Positions 43,751-59,040 of a stretch of DNA of 64,000 bases are shown piece by piece; positions within the stretch are counted from its first letter, which is position 1, and each line of letters opens with the position of its first letter. The stretch comes from the human T2T-CHM13v2.0 reference genome, Homo sapiens: the NCBI RefSeq assembly GCF_009914755.1, contig NC_060929.1; one strand, 5' to 3'. The notes below the pieces were generated by a model. It had not been told where the DNA came from, did no database searches, and worked only from the letters and a program-made list of their open reading frames with translations. Made by a program: the position numbers and the translations under genes.

Positions 43751-46700
43751 GTTTTGGTCTTTTAGTAATTTTGAGACTTAATTTACTCTTGCTAGTAGGA
43801 AGATGTGAATTACCAATGTCAGGACTGTGTACAAAAATATAGTAAAGCCACATATTCTAGTTATATACACTAGGACAATTTTTAAATATACAAAAATCAA
43901 AATTTTTAGCTAAGCAATTCAAACTGCTATAGTATCCCCAATATATTTGTTTCAATTAAAAACATAAATTGAAAAAAATAAGTTCTGCCCTATTCAAACA
44001 TATTTATGAATTTCTGAGTCCAACTGCTTGCTTACTAATGCACTTCATCATGAATACAAAGTGGAAATGTATGCAGAAATATCTTATCACTATATTACTT
44101 CAAATCCCATAGCAAGCTGTTTTACCCATAGATATCTATGGGGCTGGTGTCCTTTAGCATTCTCTTCTTCCATATGTCAATCAAATTAACCTAAATCTAG
44201 CTAGAGTTACACTTCAACTCCTGCCTGATCACCCACCCATTAAGTTCAAGGGAAGAGAGACAAGTGTGGAAGACTCATTCTAAAATCTACCATTATCACC
44301 TGAAAAACAACTAAAGAGAAGAGTCAATTAAAAATGACTACTGGAAATGGCTTCCATTTTTTAAAAATGCAGTGATTAATAAAAATGAGGTTAAAATGCA
44401 GGCTGAAGGTTCATGGACAAGTTTACTTCTACTAGATGGTTTATATGATGACAATGATGGCCTCATGCTTTGACGCAGAGTATCAGGCAAAATTAAGCAA
44501 TTCTTTTTGGCTGAACACTGAGCTTCAGGTGAGCACAACCCAATCACATTTCTGATTTGCCATGTTAGGAAAATTCTTAAGTAAATTTTACAAAGTTATC
44601 TCAGATTTAATGAGTCAATTGGAAATGAGGTAAAGAAAAACGTTCAACACCATGCGGAGAAAAAGCCTGCATCATAATAACTAGTACCTGCCCGCGTCCC
44701 TGAGCTGTACCTGAGGGAAAGGGTAGAGTGAAGCCAATTTGGAAAGCTTTGGTAACTAAAGGCAAGTTAGACTACTGCCCATCAAGAGGTCGGAAGCATC
44801 AGAAACTTCCCCAGTTCTGCTAGCTCCGAATACAGTCATTATATTCTCTCTCCTAGAAACACCTACACAATAGTGTTTCTTCAAAGATTTTTCTTGCAAA
44901 TCATCTGGTACAGACAGTACAGTACCTGGAGTAGTTATTTAAAATGCAGCTTCTGAGAACCCACCCAGAACACCTGAATTAGAATCTTTTTGAAGCTTGG
45001 GAAACTTCCCAAGGTGATTCTTACTCACACTAGCTTGATTACCAAGCTCTTTGGGAAGTCAACTTACCAGCAGAATCGGTGCTGGATTCTGCACCCACTC
45101 TGCTAGTAAATTGGAAAAGAAAGGAGTTGAGCAGTCTTAAGTCTGGTACCAAGAAGCTATCATAACCTGATGCTAGTGTCTCCCAGACTACGGCATGGAA
45201 TATCAAGGAAATAATTGCAATGATCATAATAATTATTATACCTTTTTTTTTACTGCTTTCTACCTGGTGAGCCCCGTTCTGGGTACTTTACATTATTAGC
45301 TTATTTACTACCCATAATAACTTTTCAAGATGGGGACTATTATCCCTATTTTACAAATAAGTAACTTACCCAAGTCACTCAGTTGGCAATGTCTATGTCT
45401 CTGGGCCACAGAGTGCCACTGCCATGGACAATGCCGAAAACACATCAGCTGACAAATTTTTACTCTTAGACTTTTCTTTTTATGGATACCCTGCAGACCC
45501 CAGCAGCCTTTACATCTTTTTCATTTTGGTTGTATTTCCAAGTCCATATCCTGGTTCCTTTAATCATATTTCAGTGCTGGTCTGAGGGCCTTGCCTGAAT
45601 TTGGGAGATACCCTGGTCACACTGAGAAACTGTGGGAAACATTCCACCAGCCACACACTCTCCACTCATTTTATTATAGCATGATGACTTCTGCAGATAG
45701 TTGCTTTTGTTCATAAAACTGGTCTTTGCTAGCTTCAGTTCTAAAAGGGAGCATATCCAAACTTTTGTTCCCAATTACTGAGGCTTACCCTTTGGGGAAT
45801 CTTCTATCTTTTAAATACAGATGTTTTGAAAACAGACTTACAGATAATTAAAAACACACATACACACACACACACACACACACCCCTCCACACCTCCTGT
45901 GGACTACTAATATGTAATCAGTTAGATTTTCTTGGTAATTTTGCCCGATGGAAGAGAAAAAGAAAAAAAAAAGATTAGGGAGCAGAGATCTGGTCTAAAT
46001 GAGATAAAGAATTGAGATAAGCTACTTCCCACAAGTTTCAGCAAAGAAATGCCTGGAGTTACTAGGAAAAGGGATTGGAAGTGGCTGGGCAAAAAGCACA
46101 AGAACAAGGGAAAAAGGGAGGCATTACCACTCCATGCAGGGCCACACTGTCCTAATACCAGGGACTTGTTTTCCAGGCTCGTACGAGACAAGCTGTTCTC
46201 AAGGACCTCCTTTCCCTGCCCTCCTGCACCCCATCACCCCACAAGATTTCACAGCTGCAGAGAAAGCTTCATCTGGTAACTAGTGTTACGGGTTTAGGTC
46301 AGATCTCTTTGGAGATCATTCTATCTTCCTCTTCAGTGATTCCTTTTTGTTACAGTATGTAGTTTAGAAAAAAAATGTATTACAATGACAATTCATTATG
46401 TACATATGTTTATCCATTTTAGGAAAACAATGCATAAATGTGTTAAATTAAGGTCTTCTATGTTATTTCTCAAAATGTCAATCAGGAATGTATGATTGCC
46501 TAAAGTACTGTGTTGAGAAAAATGGTGGGGCTTTGTCCAAGTCCATCTGAAATGAGTGCAGCGATTAATTAGCAATGTCTGCCACAGGTGCTGGATGTGG
46601 AAGTCTCAGTATGTTACTTTAGTATTTGCTATAATGATGAAAACAGTCAAATGTTTTTAGGGCCTGAATTCATGAGACTATAGAAAAAGTTGCAAAATTA

Positions 46701-47067
46701 CAAAGAATCCTTGCTACTTAGAAAAAAGTCTGAATTATTTCATTGCCCTAAGTTTTCTGACAGAATTTAGACCAGAGATTCCTAAGGACATTAAGAGAGG
46801 ATAGTGTCAGATGGAGACTGGAGGGAAAGTGAGCCTTAAAAACAATGCAACATTGTATTGTACCACTGCTCTTATTTTTTAGGCAAGTTATTTTATATTA
46901 TTGCAAATTTCAAATTATATTAAAGAAAGCATGAGATTTTATGGCTTTTCAAATAGGAGGCATGGGTGAGAGAAATTCGGAAATAACTAATTTAGACACT
47001 TAAATATTGAAGACATGACTTTTTCTCTAGGACCACTAAAAATGCTTTGTTAAAAATAATATCAATC

Positions 47068-47341
47068 GGCTGGACGCAGTGGCGCACGCCTGTAATCCTA
47101 GCACTTTGGGAGGCCGAGGCGGGTAGATCACCTGAGGTCAGGAGTTCGAGAGGAGCCTGGGCAACATGGTGAAACCCCGTCTCTACTAAAAATACAAAAA
47201 TTAGCCGGGTGTGGTGGCAGGCGCCTGTTATTCCTGCCACTCAGGAGGCCGAGGCAGGAGAATCGCTTGAAACCTGGTTGCAGTGAGCCGAGATCGCGCC
47301 ATTGCACTCCAGCCCGGGGCACAAGAGCAAAACTTTGTCTC

Positions 47342-47402
<61 letters not shown>
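47068..47402 (+). mobile_element. Alu with A tail running into a (TA)n microsatellite
   Basis: Alu dimer with a small right-arm deletion; long A run followed by (TA)~16. Confidence 0.92.
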
Positions 47403-47405
<3 letters not shown>

Positions 47406-48285
47406 CAAAAGTTACAATACAGAGGAAAGAATCATAAGGGTATGGGTTTCTGGCTTGTCCTCATGGGATATCATTTGATCTGATAAATAATAAAGATTGT
47501 TTTCATTTTATAATTTAAGCAAGAGCTCAAAGAAAATCAGTCACTGCCTCATGCTTATTTTAGGTTTTAAAGGAAACATTATAAACCATAGGAAAATATA
47601 GACTATTATCCCAGTTTAGACTGCACAAGCATTTTCACTGTAATTTATTTTGCATGTGTGATACTTGAAAATGACTTGACATGCAATCCACCTATTAGAA
47701 AGTGTATTAACTCAAGAATCAAAAGGCCAGATCCCAGTCCTGGCTCTGACATAACGATCAGTGGCCGCTTGGCCAAGTAACATGACCCTTTTGGACCTTG
47801 CCTCTGCAAATGAAAATGAGTGTGTTGTTGGATTATCCCAAATATCCCTTTTGGCTTCACTACTCTGAGTCCAAACGTAACAGAACAACAAAAAGAGAAG
47901 ATTATGAAATATGTTTAATAATGTTCTAGAAGGAAAAGCATTTAAAAACTTTTTCAACTAGAGTCAAAAGTCATCAGAAATGGATGAGAGAGAACCCAAA
48001 TGATCAAATCTGCCCTAAAAAGCAAATTGGACACAAAGAGGATGCTTATGAACTTCAACACTAGAATCTGGTTATTCATATAGAGAAACAGTGAATACAG
48101 GAAGGAAAAATAAACATAATTTGGAAAAACACAATCTGGAGCAAAATAAAATGCAGAATGGAGAAAATAAGCAACTTTTTTTGGATAACCAAGGACAGAG
48201 TGATAGCGCATCCACCAAGAGCAAAGTGATAGAGGGAGGGCTTTGTCACTTAGAAACAGACAAAATGTTTAACTTGGGAGCATCA

Positions 48286-48591
<306 letters not shown>

Positions 48592-49126
48592 CTAAATCAA
48601 TCATACCAGAGTCAATACTCAAATATATATATACTTATTACTCAGTAAAAATATATCCTGCTAGTAAACGTTTAGTAAAACTGGACTTCAAAAGTGTTTC
48701 TTGATCTGGAAAGTGACTGGGTCCCTGAAGACTTCATGAAAAAGCCACCATTCAAGTCCTGGACTGCTGAAAAGAAAGAGAAATAAACCTCTATCTTGTT
48801 TACACCTTCTTATTTTGGTTTCTGACATTTGAAGACAAATCTAATTCCAACTGATATATCAATTATAATTTATATTTAATTTTTAATACTGTTAATAAAT
48901 TCACATTAAATAATATATCTGGTGTCAGGAAATTTATGTTTGATTCAATCATTCAACAATTAATTCTTGCATATCTACTTTGTTTTAGGCCTTCAGGCAA
49001 GGTACTGTGGGGAAAACAAAGAAGAATGAAACTCAGATGGGATACGTTGATAGAATGATCAGTGAAATATTATATATGGGTCTCATCTATTCAACAAAAA
49101 TTGGCTGAGCACCAAATACAAGCAAG

Positions 49127-49590
49127 GAGCTTTTGTCAAATGTCTTTTCTGTATCTATTGAAATAACTGTGTAGTTTTGTCCTTTATTCTATTAATGTGG
49201 TATTGTTACATTGATTAATTTTTAGATGTTAAACCAACCCTGCATTCCTGGAATACATTCTATTTGGTCATACTGCATAATCTGTTTTATATGTTACTGA
49301 ATTCAGTTTGCTAGTATTTTGTTGAGGATTTTTGTATCTATGTTCAAAAGGGATACCAGTCTTTCTTTTTGGGGGGATGCCTTTGTCTGATTTTGTTATC
49401 AGGGCAATACTGGCCTCATAGAATGAGTTGAGAGGCATTCACTCTTCTATTTTGGAAGAGTTTGAGAGAGATTGGCATTAAGTCTTCTCTACATATCTGG
49501 TCAAATTAACTAGTGAAGTCATCCAGGCCTGGGGTTTTCTTTGTGGGAAGTTTTTGATTACGAATTCAATCCTTTCATTTATTATAGGTC
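49127..49590 (-). mobile_element. Old L1M ORF2 fragment, reverse strand
   Basis: Reverse L1 phrases (AACCAACCCTGCATTCCTGG, CTGGCCTCATAGAATGAGTT, GTGAAGTCATCCAGGCCTGG). Confidence 0.75.
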
Positions 49591-50244
49591 TTGTGCAAGG
49601 GACTTTCTATTTTAAGGGAATTCACATTTCTAAAGACTTCCAAATGTCACACAGGTGTTTTATAATGGATAGGACCTCGTTGTAGTAATCCCACATCTGT
49701 TTGGTTTGGTACCTTCTCCCAGATGCAGAGAATACCCTTCACACATATTCCCATTGCTTAATGAATGCCCTTGAGAAAAATTCATGATAGTGAGGAGTTC
49801 CAGCAAAGCATTCAGGATTGACATATAAACAAATGTAAGTATATCCTTACTGGTAGTGGAGGTAAAATTTCAATGCAGACAATGCAGTGCAACACCAATC
49901 TGCCATCACACTGGTATCACACACAACTATAGACAAGGGAGTGCCAGCAGCCTGTGAAGACTCGCAAAGGCAAACAACCCTAGCACCCAAGTCAATGATA
50001 CAAACCCTCAGAGATGGGAACTGCTGCAGTGGTCACCAGCAGGGAAATAAGCATGTGTTTCCCCAACAGCCCCATCTGATACACTTGGGCAAGATGTATA
50101 ATGCAAGGGAGTCAGAGAGCATGGGTTTAAATCTCTACTCCAGCTCTTTCTAGTGAATGAGCTTGGGCTCACTATGTAAACTGTCTGAGCTAAAATTTCC
50201 TGTTTAACAATAATATATACCGCATAACATAGATATAGATATAA

Positions 50245-50567
50245 ACTTTTTTTTTATTTCTGAAATTTTAGAGACAGGCTCTCACTTCGTTGCTCAGGCT
50301 GGAGTGCAGTAGTGTAATCATAGCTCACTATAACCTCAAACACCTGGGCTCAAGAGATCCTCTTGCCTCAGCCTCCCAAGTAGCTAGGACTACAGACGGA
50401 ATCCTACTACCCCACACTCAGTTAATTTTGTGTGTGTGTGTGAGTGTGTGAGACGAGGTCTCAGTATGTTGCCTAGGCTAATCTTGAACTCCTCGCCTCA
50501 AGCAATCCCCCCACCTTGGCCTTACCACATGCTGGGATTACAGGAGTGAGCCATGGCATCCAGCCTG
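50245..50567 (-). mobile_element. Alu (AluJ-type) inserted in a MIR
   Basis: Reverse Alu with (TG)n in the linker; MIR-like sequence on both sides. Confidence 0.85.
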
Positions 50568-50592
50568 CCCCATACTATTATTGTGAAGATTA

Positions 50593-50700
50593 CATGAAAT
50601 TATGCATGTAAGGACTTAACATACTAACTGGTACATAAATACGTGCCATGAAATTATGCATGTAAGGACTTAGCATACTAACTGGTACATAAATATGTGC
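50593..50700. repeat. 54-bp tandem duplication (2 copies, 2 mismatches)
   Basis: CATGAAATTATGCATGTAAGGACTTAaCATACTAACTGGTACATAAATAcGTGC starts at 50593 and again at 50647. Confidence 0.95.
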
Positions 50701-51235
50701 TACAGTAAGTGTTAGCCATTGTTATTATTATTCAAAAGGAATTATTACCCACTAGGAAAAAACACTAAATTTCATGTCAAGTAGGTTCTCTCAGGCAAAT
50801 GTGGTATAAATCTAGATCCGTACCTAGCACAGAGTCTGTAAGGGGAGTACAGCTATAAGCTAGGTGATATTTGTAGAGCAACGTACCATGGCATTTCTTA
50901 ATTTGATTTTTAAAACATTTTAATACCACAGTCTTTCTAGACATTTATCATATCAGGTTATCATTCTCTCTGCAGTTCTCAAACAGAAGGTTTGTGTATG
51001 GAAACCCTTAGATCTGGGGGACACAATAATGGAAAGGTATTGAAAATGTTTAATCAATTGTCAAAGGTGAAAAACTAACAAGATTTGTCATTACCTTTTT
51101 ATATATCATTTACTGTATATAACAGCCTATCTTGTAAGTTACCCAAATTCCAAAATTAATCATATGATTTTGTCACATTTAAAATGTGTGTACCAAGTTT
51201 TCTGTTTTTAGTTAACTTCTTAATAACTTTTTCTA

Positions 51236-51484
<249 letters not shown>

Positions 51485-52909
51485 TCATTGTTTGGTACTC
51501 AAACATGGTTCTGCTCCAGTATAATGAAAATGCAGCTGTACAAAAAGATTTATTACGAGTGAAAGAAATAACTATTAAAATATTTGCATCTTATTAAAAG
51601 ACACTTATTCAGCAACTACCATATTTACTAAGTGCCTGTTCGGAGCCAGGCACTATTCTAAGCCCCACAGGTGTAGGGGTGAACAAGAAAGGTAAAGACT
51701 CTGCCTAAGTGGAATTTATACCCCACAGTTGAAGACAGACAGCTAAATGCAAAATCACAGTAGCATGGAATGAGTGTTAATGTACAGCGTGAACAAAAAC
51801 TGTATGAAAAAGAGAAAGACAAAAAATTTAAGGAGAGATCATGTAGAATCAAAATGTTGCAATGCTTAGATTGTCTGAATTGAAGTAAACATTCATTTGA
51901 CATTTATTAAAGTCCTTCAGTTTGCCAAGCACTCAGTTACAGAGATAAAAGATATAGCCCTTGCCCTCAAGTTACTTGTAGGGAGGACCAACAAGTAAAT
52001 CAACAATTACAATAGAGAGAGATTCAAGTTATAAAAGAGGTGTGCACAAATGCTCTGAGAACCAAGAGATGGGACCTCCAGCTTTGACTTGCCTAGCAGG
52101 CAGGAAAAGTCAAGGAAGGCTTCTCAAAGGTGGTGACCCCAGGGAAGGTGGATGCCGAAGATGGGGCCAGGGGAAGCAGCAGAAAACAGAACACAACAAA
52201 AACAAAAAGCAGTGATTTGAGAGAGCTCAGCACATTCCAAAACTATATGTTATTGAGAGTAGCTGAAGCAGATAAGCAGAGGGAAGAATGGAAAAAGAAA
52301 CAGTTGGGACAGCAGGCAGAGGTCAGCTGACAAAGGTCATGTTCCTAAGGCCATGCTAATCCTTTGGCTTTGTCTGGTAGACTGTGGGGAGCCATTGGAT
52401 GGTTTAGGCAAGGGAAGTGACATGGAAAATTTGAGACCTCAGTCTTAGCCTATGGATACTCTTTTGCCTGCCATTTTATTTTGAGAGTTTGAGTAAATAT
52501 GAGAAGGGATAAACATGAAAGTGAGGGGCTCTTAATGAAGTACTGTTCAGAGTCATGGGACAATCTGGTACATTCTATCGTCAGATCCTTTGCAATGCAA
52601 TTGCTGAAAGACTCCAATTTCTTAGTTTCTAGATATAGTAACTGGCTAAAGATACTTTTGAAAGCTGCTTTTTATTCTTTCTTCATTTAAAAAATAAAGA
52701 ATGGTTCATGACATGAATAATATACTTTGAGAAATTAAGTTGATTTTAAAGCAGACTCTAGAGGTTCTTACCTTAAACTCTCATCATATTCCTCTACTAC
52801 ATTAAGCACTCCACACGGTCATACACAATGATGCATCAAAATCCTTCAGAAATCTTACATGTTTCTGAGAAGCCGACCTAACAGACAGTTTCAAGTTAAA
52901 TGCCTTTAC

Positions 52910-53008
52910 CTGACCAGTTTCTTCTTCCAGTTTCTCATAAAGTTTGATGCTATCATAATGTATTTTCTTCAAGTTTATTCCAGGATGAAAGTAAGTTGTT
53001 AAACCTGC
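52910..53008 (-). CDS. DMGDH: DMGDH exon 3 (99 nt)
   Basis: ttttaag|GCA GGT TTA ... GGT CAG|gtaaag; [33 protein letters not shown] (His109 intact). Confidence 0.96.
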
Positions 53009-53368
53009 CTTAAAAGCAGAGAGGAAAAGAAATACTGAAAAAAAATTAACATTCTCAAAATGTTGACAGTTTATCTGTTAAGCAATAATTTAATGCTGGA
53101 AAGAAACTGAGAAGCACCAGCCAGTCCTTTGGGATGAGAACACATCAGCACCAGTTTGAGCACACCAGAGCATAAGGCTCATGACAGGTTTTAAGAAGCA
53201 ATGTGAACTATGTGAGTAAAGTGAGAGCCAGCCAATAAACATACATGTTAAGTCCCTACAAGTTAACATGGATAGCGTTGTACAGAGATTCAGAAATGGG
53301 ATGATTTAGATGGAAGGTTTAGGACTATGTGCTATATAGTCCTATGTATGACTATATAGAAAAGTATG

Positions 53369-54050
<682 letters not shown>

Positions 54051-57000
54051 CTAGCACAGGATCTTCTTTGACCCAGTCTCCACCCTTCTCTTAAATGGAG
54101 CAGCCCTCCTGGCCCTTTCCTGAAATTGCAAAATTTAAGAATTAGAAAATTCCTTATCACTGGAGCCTGAAGAATAGGTGAACAGACTTTTGTCAAAGTT
54201 TAACCTGTTTGATGAGCACATAGGTGGTACACTGCAAATCTTTGTTGAATAAATATTGATTGATTATTCTCAGAAAAAAGTATCTAAATATTAGCTACAC
54301 TAAAACTCCTTTTCTCAAATCTGGCAGATGTAATGTGGAATCCAGAAAAAGAATTCTAAGCAATTATTTGAAGCAGGTTCTCTCAAATATCTGGGGCCTC
54401 ACTGGGCAGCTAATTTATCCTGGAAAGCTCATCAGAACACAATCTGTTCACAGTAAAATCTACTTAGGAGTATTTATAAGGTACTTCTATGGTAGTGGTG
54501 GGCATTTCATCCTCCTGCACTCAAATATGCCATTAAAGTTTGTCAATCATCCTTTATAACCAAAACCCTGAGGCTTCCATCCAGTACTTGTTCAAACATC
54601 TGGACATATCCATGGCTGATTTTTTTTTTTTTAAGAAAAATCCTGGCCCAGCTTATAGGTCATCCAGTAGCACAGCTCCATGTGGAAGTAGAGAAGGGAT
54701 TCCATTACAATGCACCTGTAAGCCAAACTCTTCAACTTCATGGCCAAACATGCCCTGCTGCTTTAACATGTTGGTATCCAGTGTGCATGCAAACTTTCCT
54801 GGTTCAATAATAGAGAATCTCTGGCCTTCAGGTATCTGCTAGTGACCCCCATTTTGTCTTAAACATATCTCCTATATATATGTCCTATATAAAACTGACA
54901 ATATATATTTTCAGTTGAGAAATCTGGTCATCACAAGCACTGGCCTAGGGTACTGATCACCATCCACTCCTCAAGATCCTGTAAGCTTTATACCTGGGTT
55001 AAGCTAGACCACTGGAAAATTATCTATCTACACTACGCAATCCTCTTCTCCCTCACTCCAGAAATTTTAAGTTAATTCTCTTTCATGTGAAAAGGTCACA
55101 TTGGTTCATTTTTTCAAAAACTCTTACTGAAGACATTTAGCCCAATGTACTTTGTGTAGGTAACAAATTATTTTAGAAATTCGTTGTCAAGGAAAAGTTA
55201 GTCTCCCTTACCGCAACAGTATACCCAGTTCTACTAAACAATTTACACTACCCTCTTTTCCTTGCTGCTACGATAGTCAGAAGTAAGATATGGACTCAAT
55301 TTTCTCACTCAGACATAGAAATTATTTAATTTTTATACCCTTTCTTTTATATATTGGCTTTTAAAATCTGTGTTTAAAATTTGGGGCTACCCATATTAGC
55401 GCTTCCATTTAAATTATTTGAAAGTGATATTGCACATGGTATCTTTTGTTAATGTAAGTGCCAGGCTTGAATATGAAGATGGCACAATGTTTTAATCTTC
55501 TGTGACTTCAACGAGGACATATTAAATGAGAAGCCTGAAAGAAGGAGAAAACATTGTTCTTATCACTCAGGATTTTATAGTCTGAGGTTATGAAACTTTC
55601 ATACAGGAAACAATTAAATCAAGGGTAAATGATTGAGTCCTAGACACATAGTAACTATGAAACTAGGGAAAGAGAAGATGCCAGAAAGGTCACAGAAGTC
55701 ATAGGAAAGGAGTTTAGCTGTCGTTTGGAAAAAGTGATTGTAGCTGGTAGAGAAGATAAGGAAGGGAAGATGAAACGGAGATATAATCATTAAGAATTAC
55801 AACCCTTCAAATAAATTAAGAATTTGTAAATCTTTCTTGAGATAAATAAACAAATAAGTACAGGAGAATGTAAAGGTCTTCCTTAGACTGACAATTAATA
55901 AGATAGAAGGAATGATGGAGTTAGAAAATTCATTCCTGGATGCTAAATAATGGATAGCATAACGGATGCTAACTAGTGCTTCCCCTGTCTCCTTAACAAA
56001 CCTCTCCCTCTCTCAGGAGCCTCTACTACCTCAAAAAGTCCAGTGACTGATGTCAAACCATCCTATATTCCAGTGGCTCCAAATCTTTCACTCATACATT
56101 TACACCCAATACAAAGTTTGGAATATAACCACTAAAATACGTGTATTTCTTTCCTTACATGTGATATGTAAATATTAATAGAGATCATAAACACACAAAA
56201 CAACTGAGAATAAGTGAAGTACTCAAAAACACTTTTTATTTTATATACTGTGTAGAAAAGCTTTTGAATATGAAGCTTATTAAGAACATTTTAGCAAGAG
56301 CTATGTGATTAATACATTTCACTATTAAAATATCTGTGCTACCTTAACGTTTGTAATACAGCGATGTGAAGGCCTGGTTCTGGCTTTACGTTATTTTGAG
56401 ACTGCTTTCAATGGTGGTATAGCTGCAGAAGACACCGCTCAGTGAGGCACACACCCAAGTGAGAGAAGTGCACGATTGGCTGTGTCTCTGCATCCTGACA
56501 CCCCTTCCTCTACCTCAGTCAACACCCATATGAAGGTTTCTCTTCACATTTGACTATGACATTTCATGTTCTTGTGTCTGCCTGTTGTTACAAACTAGTT
56601 GGAAGGTATTGCATTTTTTGTATTTTAAGTAAATGGGAACAAATCCTGTTGAAACTCCTCATTTAGAAAAAAATTGAAATGGATTAAAAGTTTATTTCTC
56701 ACATATATGAGAGTTTTTCTATGTGATACATATCATTTTGGGGCAGAAAACCTAATAATAATACCAACATTTCCAAACATCCCTTTTCAAAATGCTGTTT
56801 TCCCAACAGGACTATTTTGCAAAAGGCAATTATTTCTCACCTACTGAAAGCATCACTTTTTCTGTGAAGGGACAGGCTGCATCTATTTTTTTAAATATAT
56901 AATCTGCTATGTAGAAATCACTGGCAGCCATTTGCATTCACAACTTTTTAGCTACTGCTAGTAGATAACCAGGAAACCTGTATGTAATACAACACTCCAA

Positions 57001-57739
57001 AGTTCACCCCTCTCCCTTTCATCACACATGATATTATTTAAAGCCCTATTTCTATAAAGCTAATCACAATGGTGATATCCTATAGCACGCAATCTGCACC
57101 ATGTCATGGTATACGGAAGACAAGAGAAAGAATGAGGACACTCCCACCATGAAGTGCCAACCTCCCGCGTAGTCAACCTTGAAATCATACACAACACATC
57201 ATCCACATCAAATGTGAGGGTTATTTATAAATATCAGTAAAGCTTAACTTCTTTCTTACATTTGCAGACAAAAACAAATGGAAAGTTCTTATATCACCTC
57301 CTACACCCCAAATGGATCATCCTGAATCTTTAGTCCTCAGCTCTCAAAACATCTACTTTGGTACCATCCCCAAGGGCAGCCCCTTCTCGGGATCCCAAGC
57401 TCAAAACTTCCTTCTTACTCCATCCTCTCTTGTTTCCCTGCATCCACATGAAATGCTCTATCCTATTAGGTATATCATGAGCTGACAAAGCAGTCTTGTT
57501 AAAACCTTAGGATTTATGGATTTGTGATTCCATTTAGAAGATTCACTTTGCAAGCTGTGCTTTCCTCTCCAAGCATTTGATTCCCACACTCTCCAGACAC
57601 TTCTCTCATGGAGCACATATCGTGCTTCAGGGAAACTGCCTTTATTTTTATAGTCTGCCTCTTGTTAGCTGGCTCTGCAACCTTCCTTATTCTCAGATCT
57701 ACTCCACAAATATCTCGGTGTTAAAAATTCTTAATATCA

Positions 57740-58317
57740 GCCTGGCGCGGTGGCTCACGCCTGTAATCCCAGCACTTTGGGAGGCCGAGCAGGGCAGATC
57801 ACGAGGTCAAGAGATTGAGACCATCCTGGCCAACATGGTGAAACCTCATCTCTACTAAAAATACAAAAATTAGCTGGGTGTGGTGGTGCGCACCTGTAGT
57901 CCCAGCTACTTGGGAGGCTGAGGCAGAGAATCACTTGAACCCAGGAGATGGAGGTTGCAGTGAGCTGAGATCATGCCACTGTACTCCAGCCTGGCAACAG
58001 AGTGAGACTCTGTCTCAAAAAAAAAAAAAAAATCAATGCGGCCAGGCTTAGTGGCTCAAGCCTATAATCCCAGCACTTTGGGAGGCTTAAGTGGGAGGAC
58101 TGCTTGAGCCCAGGAGTTTGAGACCAGCCTGGACAACGTAGGGAGACCTCATCTCTACAAAAAACTTTAAAAATTAGCAAGGCGTGGTCGTGCACAGCTG
58201 TGGTCCCAGCTACAGGTGCTGATGTGAGAGCATTGCTTGAGCCCGTAGGTTGAGGCTGCAGTGAGTCATGATCACGCCACTGCACTCCAGCCTGGGTGAC
58301 AGAGTGAAACTCTGTCT

Positions 58318-58320
<3 letters not shown>
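57740..58320 (+). mobile_element. Two tandem Alus (AluSc-like then AluJ-like)
   Basis: Alu bodies at ~57740-58032 and ~58039-58320. Confidence 0.9.

Positions 58321-58370
<50 letters not shown>
58321..58370. repeat. (AC)25 microsatellite derived from an Alu tail
   Basis: Uninterrupted AC run. Confidence 0.97.
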
Positions 58371-58375
<5 letters not shown>

Positions 58376-58707
58376 CCTAATATGTTGGATTTCTTCATGC
58401 TGCTGCTCAGAGGGAGGCATCTTTGACTTGCAAAAAACCCTAGAATCAACTTCCTAGGACAACTGTCTTTTATTCCAAGGGGGCCAAATAACCTGGCTTC
58501 TGATGCCTGATTCCACCTTGAACTCACATTGCATGGATCCTTATTTTGTAAACCATAGCCTAATACCTTGTATGCAAAGCAGGATAATGCCTTTCCCCAC
58601 TCACTTTGGTATCTTTGTGTTTAAGAAAAAAATATTTTGCGTAGTTAACTTTTAGATTAAGGGTATGTTGCTTTTTATTCATGGGACATCTAAGAAATAA
58701 AATTTCA

Positions 58708-59040
<333 letters not shown>

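Noticed and set aside
44125-44142. Perfect 18-bp palindrome CCCATAGATATCTATGGG
   Set aside because: A 9-bp-arm palindrome is expected about 0.25 times by chance in 64 kb, more in AT-rich DNA; no supporting context.
53244-53344. Two small inverted repeats (CATGTTAA/TTAACATG and TAGGACTAT/ATAGTCCTA)
   Set aside because: Short AT-rich stems compatible with chance.
56040-57330. Possible ancient hAT/Charlie transposon remnant
   Set aside because: Too degraded to assign family or ends by eye; needs a Dfam search.
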